From positions 1 to 64,000 of the forward strand of contig JBEKSC010000014.1 in NCBI GenBank assembly GCA_049517415.1: a DNA stretch of 64,000 nucleotides. The letters run 5' to 3'. The stretch is from Candidatus Bathyarchaeia archaeon (lineage in GTDB: Archaea > Thermoproteota > Bathyarchaeia > 40CM-2-53-6). Positions 19,046 to 28,187 of the stretch are shown here, one piece after another. Below the pieces are notes generated by a model. It saw only the letters and a list, made by a program, of their open reading frames with translations, did no database searches and was not told the origin of the DNA. The translations under genes and the position numbers were made by a program. The first letter of the stretch is position 1. Each line of letters starts with the position of its first letter.

Positions 19046-19633
19046 TCAACCGACGCCTTTTCTCCTAACCTCGCCTGCTGGTTCTACCTCCTCAAAGATC
19101 TCGCCTTCGAAGGTTTTGATTTCAACTCCCTCAAGTAGCCACGAGTCGGGCGGAAGCCCCGCTTTTAGACAACAATTCATGAGAAACTCGGATGCGTCCC
19201 ACTTCCACTCAGTCGCCACCTGCGGCAAGAGCAGGCCTGAATCTCTACCACGAGCGACGATGAGGCCATGCCGGCCTACTTGAATGAGTTTGGGAATGGA
19301 TTTCCGATCACTTGTTTTCAGGGTCTGAGGTTCGGTGAGGGCGGTGATTTCCACAACAATGGAGTTCTTCAGCTCCGTTAAGGAGACTGGCGGAAATCTC
19401 GGGTCCTCCGTGGCCGCATAGATCGCGGCCTTGATCGTGGCGCTCACTAGGGGCTCTTCGGCGTAGGGGAAGCCGATGCATCCTCGCAATTCGTGGGTGG
19501 GCTTCGTAGCGTTAAGCGTTACAAAAACACCGGACTTCCTGAGCAGTTTTTCAGGGGCATCCGCGGGCGGCTTAATTATCGTTTTACTCTCAATGTACCT
19601 TGTGGCAGCCGAGCGTGCGAGCTGGACCAGCAT
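19046..19633 (-). CDS. AMMECR1 domain protein
   Basis: GVFVTL, LRGCIG, EDPRF, GRHGLIV, GLLLPQV, KAGL; true start may lie a few codons upstream. Confidence 0.9.
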   Translation of the reverse strand: MLVQLARSAATRYIESKTIIKPPADAPEKLLRKSGVFVTLNATKPTHELRGCIGFPYAEEPLVSATIKAAIYAATEDPRFPPVSLTELKNSIVVEITALTEPQTLKTSDRKSIPKLIQVGRHGLIVARGRDSGLLLPQVATEWKWDASEFLMNCCLKAGLPPDSWLLEGVEIKTFEGEIFEEVEPAGEVRRKGVG

Positions 19634-19634
19634 T

Positions 19635-20162
19635 CTACCTTCTTCGAGGTTCAGGTTGCCCTGTGCTAGCTGTGCCGTTTCCCTTCGCCTCAAGAATTTT
19701 CCTCGCGCTCTCAAGTGTTTGTTCTATTTTTTTCCAGTGGCTTCCGTGCCAGTAAACTTTTGCGCACTTTACATTAGTGCAAACCCAAAAAGTTTGGTAC
19801 AGTTTAAACGTTGTTGGAAGGACCAACTTCTCCACATTCTCCTTCGAAACCTCTCTGATGGAGCAACCACACATCGGACATTTCGAGATGGTCGTATCGA
19901 TCTCTAGCCTGAGGTTGTAGCGTTCTGCAAGTTCGGCTAGTCGCTCGGGTTCAGTGTGTCCCTGCACTAGTGAGGTCTCGATGTTCCTCATCGCCGCTGT
20001 TCTATAGAGTTCTTCATCCGAAGTTAACAGAGTCAAGGATTCACGCTTGGCTAAGGATAGGAGTTCCTGGTCGGAGCTGTCCTTTACGTAAAGCGTTTCG
20101 TATCCGAGCATACGTAGCCACCTCGCCAACTTCCCTAGCATTCCATCTAGGAGGAACTGCAT
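19635..20162 (-). CDS. Mut7-C RNase (PIN-like) domain protein with zinc ribbon
   Basis: FLLDGMLGKLARWLRMLGY, LLTSDEEL, CPMC...C..C.KVYW.GSHW. Confidence 0.9.
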   Translation of the reverse strand: MQFLLDGMLGKLARWLRMLGYETLYVKDSSDQELLSLAKRESLTLLTSDEELYRTAAMRNIETSLVQGHTEPERLAELAERYNLRLEIDTTISKCPMCGCSIREVSKENVEKLVLPTTFKLYQTFWVCTNVKCAKVYWHGSHWKKIEQTLESARKILEAKGNGTASTGQPEPRRR

Positions 20163-21487
20163 GCCGTATCGCTCTTGGTGACTCTTCCAACAGCGGGTCC
20201 AACGATTCTTCCTCTCTCAGCGACCAATGCCCCATTAACAATCGTGTACTCCGCCGTGCCAATGCATCGGTATCCCTTGAAGGGAGAATACTTTGCCTTA
20301 CTCTCAAATGCCTCTGGATCTACTCGTGTCTTGGCTTTCGGGTCAACGAGGACGATATCTGCATCGTAACCTTTCTTGAGTTGGCCCTTTCTTGGCAAGT
20401 GAAATAGCTTAGCCGGAAGCGCGGCGGTAACTTCGACGAGTCTCCGCAAAGACAGTTTTCCTAATGAAACCTGTGTAAACATTACTGGGAGGGATGTCTC
20501 GAGCCCTGGAACTCCTGAAGCCGCTTCCCAGGCGTTTTCCTTCGTCTTCTCTTCTAGCGTGTGCGGCGCGTGGTCACTAGCGAGTATGTCCACTTGCCCT
20601 TTCACGAACAGTTTCCACAGGCCGTTCCTGTTTACCTCGCCTCTGATTGGGGGCACGCAGATCGCTAGGGTCTTCTGTCCTCGAAAAACGGTTTGATTCA
20701 GAAGTAGGTGGTGGGCGGAGGCTTCGCATGTTGCGTTCGGCGTCATTCGAACGAGCTTAACCGCTTCGGGAACGGTGATATGGCAGATGTGAAGCCGTAC
20801 CCCCAGCTTGCTCCCCAGCCGCAGAATCTTCCGTACGGCGTACACCTCGAATTGAGGCGAGTGCGCCTTAAGAAAATCATGGATAGACACTCTTCCCTTA
20901 GCGACGCTCTCTTGCTGAGACTTTCTGATGCTATCGCCGTCTTCCGCATGAACGGTGACTATCGCATCAGCCTCTTTTGCGGCTTGAAGCGCATTCATCA
21001 AGCTGGTCTGGCTGCTCGAGTCAAATGTTACGAGCGCCTTGTTTAGGTATAGTTTGAATGCGATCGCGCCCATCTCAACCATTCTTCTCAGTTCGTTCGA
21101 GTCCTCAACTAGTGCGCCTTGGAACGCCACATTTGAGTAGAGTTTTCCCTCCGCCTTAGCCATCTTATCCGCCAAGTTAGAGGTGCTTACTGTCGGGGGG
21201 CGGGAATTTGGCATATCGAACACTGTAGTGTATCCACCAGCGGCCGCGGCGCGGGTCCCGGTTTCGAATGTCTCCTTGTATGAGTATTCAAGATCTCGTA
21301 GGTGAACGTGAGCATCAATCATTCCGGGGAGGGCGATGAGGCCGCTTGCGTCTATCTTTGAGTCAGCGGTCTCATTTGGTCGAAGTTTAGAGATGCTCCT
21401 GATCATGCCATTTTCTAAGAATATGTGAGCAGTGGTTAACTCGTCGCCTGCCAGAACCTGGGCGGATTCTATGAGTAAAGATGTCAT
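20147..21487 (-). CDS. pyrC: Dihydroorotase family amidohydrolase
   Basis: PGMIDAHVHLRD, AAAGGYTTVFDMPN, VHAED, HICH, PPIR, SDHAPH, SKAKYSPF. Confidence 0.8.
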   Translation of the reverse strand: MTSLLIESAQVLAGDELTTAHIFLENGMIRSISKLRPNETADSKIDASGLIALPGMIDAHVHLRDLEYSYKETFETGTRAAAAGGYTTVFDMPNSRPPTVSTSNLADKMAKAEGKLYSNVAFQGALVEDSNELRRMVEMGAIAFKLYLNKALVTFDSSSQTSLMNALQAAKEADAIVTVHAEDGDSIRKSQQESVAKGRVSIHDFLKAHSPQFEVYAVRKILRLGSKLGVRLHICHITVPEAVKLVRMTPNATCEASAHHLLLNQTVFRGQKTLAICVPPIRGEVNRNGLWKLFVKGQVDILASDHAPHTLEEKTKENAWEAASGVPGLETSLPVMFTQVSLGKLSLRRLVEVTAALPAKLFHLPRKGQLKKGYDADIVLVDPKAKTRVDPEAFESKAKYSPFKGYRCIGTAEYTIVNGALVAERGRIVGPAVGRVTKSDTACSSS

Positions 21488-21543
21488 GGACCCATGCATC
21501 GCCTGCTGAATATTCACGTCCTTCAGCAGGTTGAGGTCGTTAA

Positions 21544-22122
21544 TTATTCTTCTTCGGTTTCTCCCATATCGGACGCGCAGTCGTCGCAGAGGAACTGTCC
21601 ATCACGCGACTTCAACTCGTCAGCCCATGAGCCGCACCTATCACAATAGCCTGAAAGCTGGGTGCTTTCCTTGATCTTCTGCACAGGCGCTATCTGGGAT
21701 TTCTCAGCCACTACGTCAATCAAGGCCGGCATCATGTCTACAATGTCGTTGCTGGTTATGATGCCCTTGACTTTGCCTCCTTGAACAACGACCAGGCGCC
21801 TGACCTTCATCTCTCGCATTTTCCTAACAGCATCTGTGACGTTTGAGGAAGATTCAATTGTTCCGAGCGGCTTGGTCATGGAGTTCGCAGCTTTGACTTT
21901 ACTCGGCAAAAGATCCAACGCTGCAACTCTTCTTACAACATCGCGCTCCGTCATAAGCCCTAATGGTTTGCCTGACTTGTCTACGACCACGACGCAGCCG
22001 ATTTCACTTTTCTTCATCAGTTTGCTTGCCGTGAGCACGCTATCCGTGTCTTTGACGGTGACCACGGGGCTGGACATGACATCCTCAATTTTGACATCAG
22101 GAGTGGCTGACCTTGCTGCCAA
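21544..22122 (-). CDS. Tandem CBS domain protein with C-terminal zinc finger
   Basis: Two CBS repeats, then GYCDRC...LCDDC. Confidence 0.9.
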   Translation of the reverse strand: MAARSATPDVKIEDVMSSPVVTVKDTDSVLTASKLMKKSEIGCVVVVDKSGKPLGLMTERDVVRRVAALDLLPSKVKAANSMTKPLGTIESSSNVTDAVRKMREMKVRRLVVVQGGKVKGIITSNDIVDMMPALIDVVAEKSQIAPVQKIKESTQLSGYCDRCGSWADELKSRDGQFLCDDCASDMGETEEE

Positions 22123-22268
22123 TCGTCATCCCAACTTCAGTGCTTTTCCAACGCCTTAAGGGCTTTGCGGGGGCATTTCCGGGAGAGGTCTAGAAGGGCA
22201 GGGAAGGGTTATCTAGCGAGTGTAGGTATGCTCCGCGGAATCAAGAGCCAACGAGGTTTGGAAGATAG

Positions 22269-22634
22269 TTGAGCAGCACTCAGTCTCAGGTTCAAACTCC
22301 ATCCCCCAGGAGAATCAAACCGACATCAATTGTGTACTGGATGCGGGTCCTCCTGGCAGTTGTCGCCGGCTCCGCGAACCAATTCCTACAAATAAACCAA
22401 GCAAACTTCGGCGATTTCGCGGTCATCATGGGCATCGGCCTAGGAATCCTCGTCTACGCGTTTTCGATTTTCATTGTCCGGCGCGTCTTGCATTTCGGAG
22501 AAGTCGAGCTGAAAGGGAAGAATAGACACATAACCCTAGGCGGCGGGACATTCATAATTCTGTGGATCGTCGTGGAGATCTTTCTGTACACGCAGTATTG
22601 TTTCCAAGCACACACATGCTTGCCACAGACCTAG
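22269..22634 (+). CDS. Small three-TM membrane protein, EMC6/Rab5ip-like
   Basis: IVYWMR..LAVVAG and G.GTFIILWIV..IFLY patterns with three TM helices. Confidence 0.5.
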   Translation: MSSTQSQVQTPSPRRIKPTSIVYWMRVLLAVVAGSANQFLQINQANFGDFAVIMGIGLGILVYAFSIFIVRRVLHFGEVELKGKNRHITLGGGTFIILWIVVEIFLYTQYCFQAHTCLPQT

Positions 22635-22662
22635 CTGCGCTGATGCCTGAATTGCCGCGTTC

Positions 22663-23091
22663 CTACTTTGCCTTTTGGGAATTTGCGGGCTCTCGAGGTG
22701 GCCCGTCCCGTTCCAATTTCCTTAAGTAACTCTCAACCGCTTGGAAGTAGCCGCGGTCGTAGTCTGAATGTAGCCCGTTTGTCTCGTGCTGTGCGAACTC
22801 TTTTCTCAATGCCTTGATCTTAGTGGTTGTCATTTCGATTTTCGAAAGGTAGAGGTATTTGTCGTCGGTGGTCTTGGCGGCTAGGAGTAGGCCTTCGAGT
22901 GCTTTGAGGTAGCCATTCGCTGATTCGGTTGCGGGTATATTGGTTCGTATAGCGTCCAGTTCTTTTTCTGCGTCGGAAATTCTTCTGTCGTTGACGGCTT
23001 GAAAGAATTTCTCGGTGCTTATGTTTAGGGTGGGCTGTGGTTTTTCAGCGTCGGCGTTTGACTTCGTCTTCTTCGGTGATATCTTTGACAC
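22663..23091 (-). CDS. Hypothetical protein downstream of radA
   Basis: 142-aa helical ORF with repeated GY.KALE/GYFQAVE motifs, overlapping the radA 3' end. Confidence 0.6.
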   Translation of the reverse strand: MSKISPKKTKSNADAEKPQPTLNISTEKFFQAVNDRRISDAEKELDAIRTNIPATESANGYLKALEGLLLAAKTTDDKYLYLSKIEMTTTKIKALRKEFAQHETNGLHSDYDRGYFQAVESYLRKLERDGPPREPANSQKAK

Positions 23092-24109
23092 CTTCCTCAG
23101 TTATCTTGAATATGCGTTCTCCCTCTGGTAGGTAGGGGCTTGATACGAGCCTGCAAATTCTGACTGGGCCACTGGATGTTTTCCTCAGGAATATCCTCGT
23201 ATGTGTGGTGTGGGATACTATATGTCCTCCGACTGCCTCCACGGCATTAGCGAAGAACTGGTCCGGCCTCGACATAACCTGATTCGTCACGACGGCGCAT
23301 GCATTGAAGGCACGGGAAAGCCTAACCAACCTGTGCAAGTGGCTGTTAAGCTTCTGTTGCCGCTCGGCGAGCATCTCACGGCCGAGATATTCACTTCGAA
23401 AATGAGCGGTTAGGGAATCTACAATTATCAGCTTCACGTTGTTCTCTTGAATAACCTTGTCAGCCTTGTCTAAAACGAGTACCTGGTGGTCCGAGTTAAA
23501 AGCTTCCGAGTAGATAATTTTCTTAGCCGTCTCGGTTGGGTCGAGTCCCATGGCATTTGCCATGCGAACTATCCATTCGGGGCGGAACGTATTCTCCGTA
23601 TCAATGTAGAGAGCGGCGCCGTTGAGGCCTCCCTTGTCCTCAGGAAGTTGAACGTTGACCGCGAGTTGATGGCAGAGGATACTTTTACCGACGCCATATT
23701 CCCCGTAGAATTCAGTTATTGTTTGGGTCTCGAGCCCGCCGCCCAACAGTTCATCAATTTGTTTGCTGTTGGTTGTGAGTCGCCTCACGTTCTGCCTCAT
23801 CTTAATGAGTTCATCAGCTCGAATGAAACTGAGCGCTAAGCTATCCCGGGCTTCAGCGATCACTTTGGCGGCCTGCTTTTCCCCAACCCCCGCTTCGGTC
23901 AATTCCTTGATTGTGGCCGTGGCCAAGGATTCAACTGTTTGATAACCCATCTCCGTGAGTTTTTCGGCCGTTGCTGGGCCGACGCCTGGAATATCTTCTA
24001 TTAACTCGTATTTCTTTCGCGGCTTCTCAACCGCTACTTCTTCTTTCTTATCCTCCGAGTCTTCCTCGGTTTCTTCAGCTTTCTCTTCCAAGGCCTGGGC
24101 CGATGCCAA
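23045..24109 (-). CDS. radA: DNA repair and recombination protein RadA
   Basis: HhH IPGVGP, Walker A GEYGVGKS, YIDTENTFRPE, IVDSL..HFRSEY.GR, ERQQKLN, VTNQV; TTG at 24109 follows AGGTGG. Confidence 0.95.
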   Translation of the reverse strand: MASAQALEEKAEETEEDSEDKKEEVAVEKPRKKYELIEDIPGVGPATAEKLTEMGYQTVESLATATIKELTEAGVGEKQAAKVIAEARDSLALSFIRADELIKMRQNVRRLTTNSKQIDELLGGGLETQTITEFYGEYGVGKSILCHQLAVNVQLPEDKGGLNGAALYIDTENTFRPEWIVRMANAMGLDPTETAKKIIYSEAFNSDHQVLVLDKADKVIQENNVKLIIVDSLTAHFRSEYLGREMLAERQQKLNSHLHRLVRLSRAFNACAVVTNQVMSRPDQFFANAVEAVGGHIVSHTTHTRIFLRKTSSGPVRICRLVSSPYLPEGERIFKITEEGVKDITEEDEVKRRR

Positions 24110-24347
24110 CAACAACCACCTGCTTATTTCAACATTGGCTAGTTCTTCTACTAGCCCCGGTTCGATATAACGGAGAGAGATGAGTGAATGAATTAATGTA
24201 ATACTGCGGACGGGCTTCCTGAACATGGACCTAATCCACAGCGAATAGGTCCATCTTTCCGAACCAATGGTGCGAGCAAGAGTGGTTGAGCCGATGAAAG
24301 GAGGAGCGAAACGACCCTGCTTGCTTCGACGAAGCATGGCGGTTATT

Positions 24348-25226
24348 TCAAGAGATTGTGGGCGGGCCTTTCCGGATGCTTTTCTTCATTTCCTTCAGTG
24401 AATTTCGTTGCAGGAACAGGCTTTCTAGCCACCATGTCATCCCCGCCTCAGCAAAGGTTTGAATCTTTCTCGTATTCTCCGTGTGGCTTTTTCTGGTTCC
24501 CCACCCTATTACTGCAGCGTCAAATGGGCCTGTGGCTTTTCTGCGCTTCTTGATGTAGGCGAGGATGTTGCGGAGGTCCCTCGGCTCTGGCTCGATTGGG
24601 CTCGCTAGTCTGAGTGGTATTACCCCATCGTACTTGGCCGCTCTACGGAAGGGAGCCTTGTTCGGCCAGAACCCTCCCACCCAGATCGGGATTCGGGGCT
24701 TTTGCTTCGTCGCCGGTAGAAACCTAGCCTTCTCAATCGCGTAGTGCTTACCCGTGTAACTGAACTGTTTCCCCGTCCAGAGTCCTGTCAAAATCTCTAG
24801 CCCCTCGTCTAGTTTCTCGGCACGGTTCTTCTCGTCGCCTGATTCGCCGAACATTTGGAAATCAGCATAGGCGGGATTACCTAACCCTACTCCCAATGTC
24901 AGACGCCCGTTCGAAAGGTGATCCAGAGTTACCGTTTGACGGGCTACTATCCAAGGGCGTCGTCGGGCGAGCGGAGTTACCGTCGTTCCTAAGCGAATTC
25001 GTTTAGTCTTTACAGCTATCGCGGCGAGCGTCGTGAGGGAGTCAACCATCGGAGAATGCTGAGGTTCGCTGTACATGACGTGGTCCCAAAGGAAGACCCC
25101 ATCCCAACCCGCATCCTCTGATTCAAGCGCAAGCTCAGCTAAGGTGCGAGCATAAGCTACCTTACCGTAGTTCGGAAGGTATAAGCCAAATCGCAATTTC
25201 TCAGATTTCTGGAAATTCATTTCCAC
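24348..25226 (-). CDS. LLM-class (luciferase-like) flavin/F420-dependent oxidoreductase
   Basis: GWDGVFLWDH, IRLGTTVTPLARRRP, TLDHLSNGRL, IPIWVGG. Confidence 0.9.
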   Translation of the reverse strand: MEMNFQKSEKLRFGLYLPNYGKVAYARTLAELALESEDAGWDGVFLWDHVMYSEPQHSPMVDSLTTLAAIAVKTKRIRLGTTVTPLARRRPWIVARQTVTLDHLSNGRLTLGVGLGNPAYADFQMFGESGDEKNRAEKLDEGLEILTGLWTGKQFSYTGKHYAIEKARFLPATKQKPRIPIWVGGFWPNKAPFRRAAKYDGVIPLRLASPIEPEPRDLRNILAYIKKRRKATGPFDAAVIGWGTRKSHTENTRKIQTFAEAGMTWWLESLFLQRNSLKEMKKSIRKGPPTIS

Positions 25227-25344
25227 TCCAGTGAGGTCAAGCTCGCCGAAGATTTCTCAGGGGTGTTGTATACAGCTTTCGAAGGCCATTGGCTAGGCCT
25301 TTTACTATTGGTTCGAAACAAATGGTTGGAACTGGCGTGAGAGG

Positions 25345-26121
25345 GTGCAAATGGGTCTTTCCGTGAAGGTCAATCCTTCGATTTCTGAAGCGGTAGAGAT
25401 TCTTGAGAAGGCATTTAGGGCGAGAAGCTTCGTGCTCGTGATCGGTAATTGCAGAGTTGACTATGAGGGGCGGGCTTCGTCGACGTTGGAATGGGGCGAG
25501 AGAGTTACCATAGTAAAACAGGACGGGTCTGTCTTGGTGCACAGGCCAACGGGTTACGAACCTGTAAACTGGCAACCGCCAAAATGCGTCGTCAACGTTA
25601 AAGTGACCGACTCTGGGTTGGTCGTAAGTGCATCCCGATCCCAACCGAGAGAGAACGTCTCCATAGAATTTCAGCAAATCAGCCTAACCGCAACGGGGGG
25701 GCTCGCCGATTCTGGCGAATTCGCACTCCACGTGACCGAGGAACAAATGAAGCAAGCTATCCTGACCGCTCCAGATCTTGTGGAAATCGGCTTGAAACCT
25801 TTGCAAGAAGAGAAGAGCCTGGGCGATGCCGGCTTCACTGACATTTTCGCAGAGGACAAGGCTGGGAGGCTTGTTGTTGTGGAAATTAAGAGGAATGCGG
25901 CATCGAAGGACGCGGTGTTGCAGCTCGAAAGGTATCTGGATACTCTGAGAAGAAAGGTGAACAGGCCCCTCAGGGGCATCGTAGTCGCACCTGAACTTCG
26001 CAAGAGCGCACAAGCCACGTTAGATAGTCTGAAGCTTGAGTACGTGAGGTTAGCCCCGGAGAAATGCTTCAGCGTGCTGAAAAGCAGTAAGGACATGAAA
26101 CTTAGCCATTTCATGGCATGA
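25345..26121 (+). CDS. nucS: Endonuclease NucS/EndoMS
   Basis: CRVDYEGRASS, KQDGSVLVH, PVNWQP, D(I)...VEIKR, QLERY. Confidence 0.95.
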   Translation: MQMGLSVKVNPSISEAVEILEKAFRARSFVLVIGNCRVDYEGRASSTLEWGERVTIVKQDGSVLVHRPTGYEPVNWQPPKCVVNVKVTDSGLVVSASRSQPRENVSIEFQQISLTATGGLADSGEFALHVTEEQMKQAILTAPDLVEIGLKPLQEEKSLGDAGFTDIFAEDKAGRLVVVEIKRNAASKDAVLQLERYLDTLRRKVNRPLRGIVVAPELRKSAQATLDSLKLEYVRLAPEKCFSVLKSSKDMKLSHFMA

Positions 26122-26206
26122 TATGGCGGGCTGGTAGTTGTTTGCCAATTATTTGGGCTTGGGGCAACCTTATTTAGAGTAAAGGAGAAAGTGGCGCAGC
26201 AATTCA

Positions 26207-26461
26207 GTGATGCACGTGGAGCCTTCAAGAAAACCTCTCAACTTGCTTGTAAAGAAGCTGAACGCGGAAGTCATTCTTAGGCTAAAGAATGATGTGGAAT
26301 ACCATGGTAAGATGATTGATGCCGACAGTCACATGAACATAATTCTGGAAGGGGCGACCGAGTACCGTGGCAATTCTCCTACGGCGAATTATGGTAACAT
26401 AATACTTCGCGGAAGTAACATCCTCTACATTTGTGTGGAAGCTGGCAAGAAACAAGCTTAA
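26207..26461 (+). CDS. Sm-like (LSm/SmAP) RNA-binding protein
   Basis: LKND.EY.G.M...D.HMNIIL and ILRGSNILYI Sm1/Sm2 motifs. Confidence 0.9.
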   Translation: MMHVEPSRKPLNLLVKKLNAEVILRLKNDVEYHGKMIDADSHMNIILEGATEYRGNSPTANYGNIILRGSNILYICVEAGKKQA

Positions 26462-26523
26462 GGCCACAGAAAACCTTCTGCCTTGAACGAGCCAATCCAA
26501 GGTTTTCGTGGGGGGTGGCAAAG

Positions 26524-28122
26524 ATGGGTGCGCCGTTCGATTCACCGCTTGAAGCCTCGCTCCTATCTGAGCTGGCTTCGCGTGTAATTGAAGTCGGGGC
26601 AACGGACCCCGCTAGCCTCAATAAAGTAAAGTTGGAATTCTGCAAGGAACATGAACTGAGCTGGATGCCTCGCAATTCCGATATTCTTAGCGCCTTGTCT
26701 CCTCAAATGAGGGAAAAGTTTGGTCCCAATCTGCGTTTGAAGAAGGTCCGCAGCATTTCTGGGATAAACGTCATTGGAGTAATGAGTTCACCACGCGGCT
26801 GCCCACACGGCCGCTGCGTATTTTGCCCCATGGAAAAAGGATTCCCGATGAGTTACACTTCAGGCGAACCCGCCGCGATGAGAGGTTTTCAGTCTGGGTA
26901 CGATCCGTACCTCCAGATCAGCAGCCGACTGGGGCAGCTCAAAGCCATCGGGCATGTGCCTTCGAAAGTCGAACTAGTGATTCAAGGCGGCACGTTTCTG
27001 GCTGGGCCCTCCGATTACCAGGAGCATTTTGTAATACGTTGCCTTGACGCAGTTAATGGTGTGAACTCCTCTACGCTGGAGGAAGCAAAATCCCGAGCTG
27101 AGGTCAGCGAAATTAGGAATGTAGGCTTAACGATCGAAACAAAGCCAGATTGGTGTAAGCAGACTCACGTTGACCAAATGCTCAGGTTTGGGGCAACGCG
27201 TGTGGAAATTGGCGTGCAAGTCATCAATGATTACGTGTACGAACTCACCAATCGGGGCCACACGGTGGAAGACGTCGTCGAGGCTTTTCGGGTTGCGAAG
27301 GACGCGGGATACAAGATAGTTGCACACATGATGCCTGGGCTGCCGGGCTCGGACTTTCAGAAGGACCTAGACTCATTCAGGGTCCTGTTCGAAGACCCTC
27401 GTTTTCGGCCGGACATGATTAAGATCTATCCTTGCCTTGTTATGGAAGGCACGGAACTGTACGAGTGGTGGAAGCGCGGCGTATACCAAGCCTTTGATAC
27501 AGAGCAAGCCGTTGAACTCATCGCAAGGGTGAAGGAGTTTGTGCCACCCTGGGTTAGGATAATGCGTGTGCAAAGGGAGTTCCCGGTCAAACTGATACTG
27601 GCGGGGCCGAAGAAAGGAAACCTGCGGGAACTTGCCCTAAAGCGGCTCAGTGAGAGAGAGAAGAAGTGTAGGTGCATCAGATGCCGCGAGGTAGGGCACA
27701 AAGCATTGAAGGACAAAGTCACCGTTCAACCCAGCCAAATTCGCCTGACCACACAGGAATTCGCGGCGTCGGAGGGGAAGGAAATCTTCATCGCTTTAGA
27801 GGAACCGGAAGCAGATGTTCTTGTAGGCTATTTGCGCATGAGAATTCCATCCGAGAAAGCACATAGGCCTGAGGTTGACTCAGCATGCGCAATCATCCGA
27901 GAATTACATGTTTACGGCCAGGAGGTGCCTGTCGGCCTAAGGTACGGGGGCGCCTGGCAACATACAGGCTTAGGTCACAAACTCCTATCCGCAGCCGAGG
28001 CGCTGGCAGGGGAGCGCGGGGCGGCCAGGATTCTTGTCCTAAGCGCGGTCGGCACAAGAGGCTACTACAGGCGTGCGGGCTACGACTACGTGGGCCCCTA
28101 CATGGGAAAGATGCTGAACTGA
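26524..28122 (+). CDS. elp3: Elp3 radical SAM / acetyltransferase (tRNA U34 modification)
   Basis: CPHGRCVFCP, SYTSGEP, GGTF, ETKPD, RVQRE, C.CIRCRE, IRELHVYG, WQH.G.G. Confidence 0.95.
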   Translation: MGAPFDSPLEASLLSELASRVIEVGATDPASLNKVKLEFCKEHELSWMPRNSDILSALSPQMREKFGPNLRLKKVRSISGINVIGVMSSPRGCPHGRCVFCPMEKGFPMSYTSGEPAAMRGFQSGYDPYLQISSRLGQLKAIGHVPSKVELVIQGGTFLAGPSDYQEHFVIRCLDAVNGVNSSTLEEAKSRAEVSEIRNVGLTIETKPDWCKQTHVDQMLRFGATRVEIGVQVINDYVYELTNRGHTVEDVVEAFRVAKDAGYKIVAHMMPGLPGSDFQKDLDSFRVLFEDPRFRPDMIKIYPCLVMEGTELYEWWKRGVYQAFDTEQAVELIARVKEFVPPWVRIMRVQREFPVKLILAGPKKGNLRELALKRLSEREKKCRCIRCREVGHKALKDKVTVQPSQIRLTTQEFAASEGKEIFIALEEPEADVLVGYLRMRIPSEKAHRPEVDSACAIIRELHVYGQEVPVGLRYGGAWQHTGLGHKLLSAAEALAGERGAARILVLSAVGTRGYYRRAGYDYVGPYMGKMLN

Positions 28123-28187
28123 CCAAACGAGCCGGATAGCTAACGTCTTAAGGGTCTCAGCTTTCTTTTTCCAAAGATTGGGCTGAG

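Noticed and set aside
24284..24316. Hammerhead-like CCGATGA...GAAA
   Set aside because: The core is not CTGATGA and stems I and II cannot form
24110..24337. Long N-terminal extension of the RadA ORF
   Set aside because: No RadA-like features; a TTG after AGGTGG at 24109 is a better start
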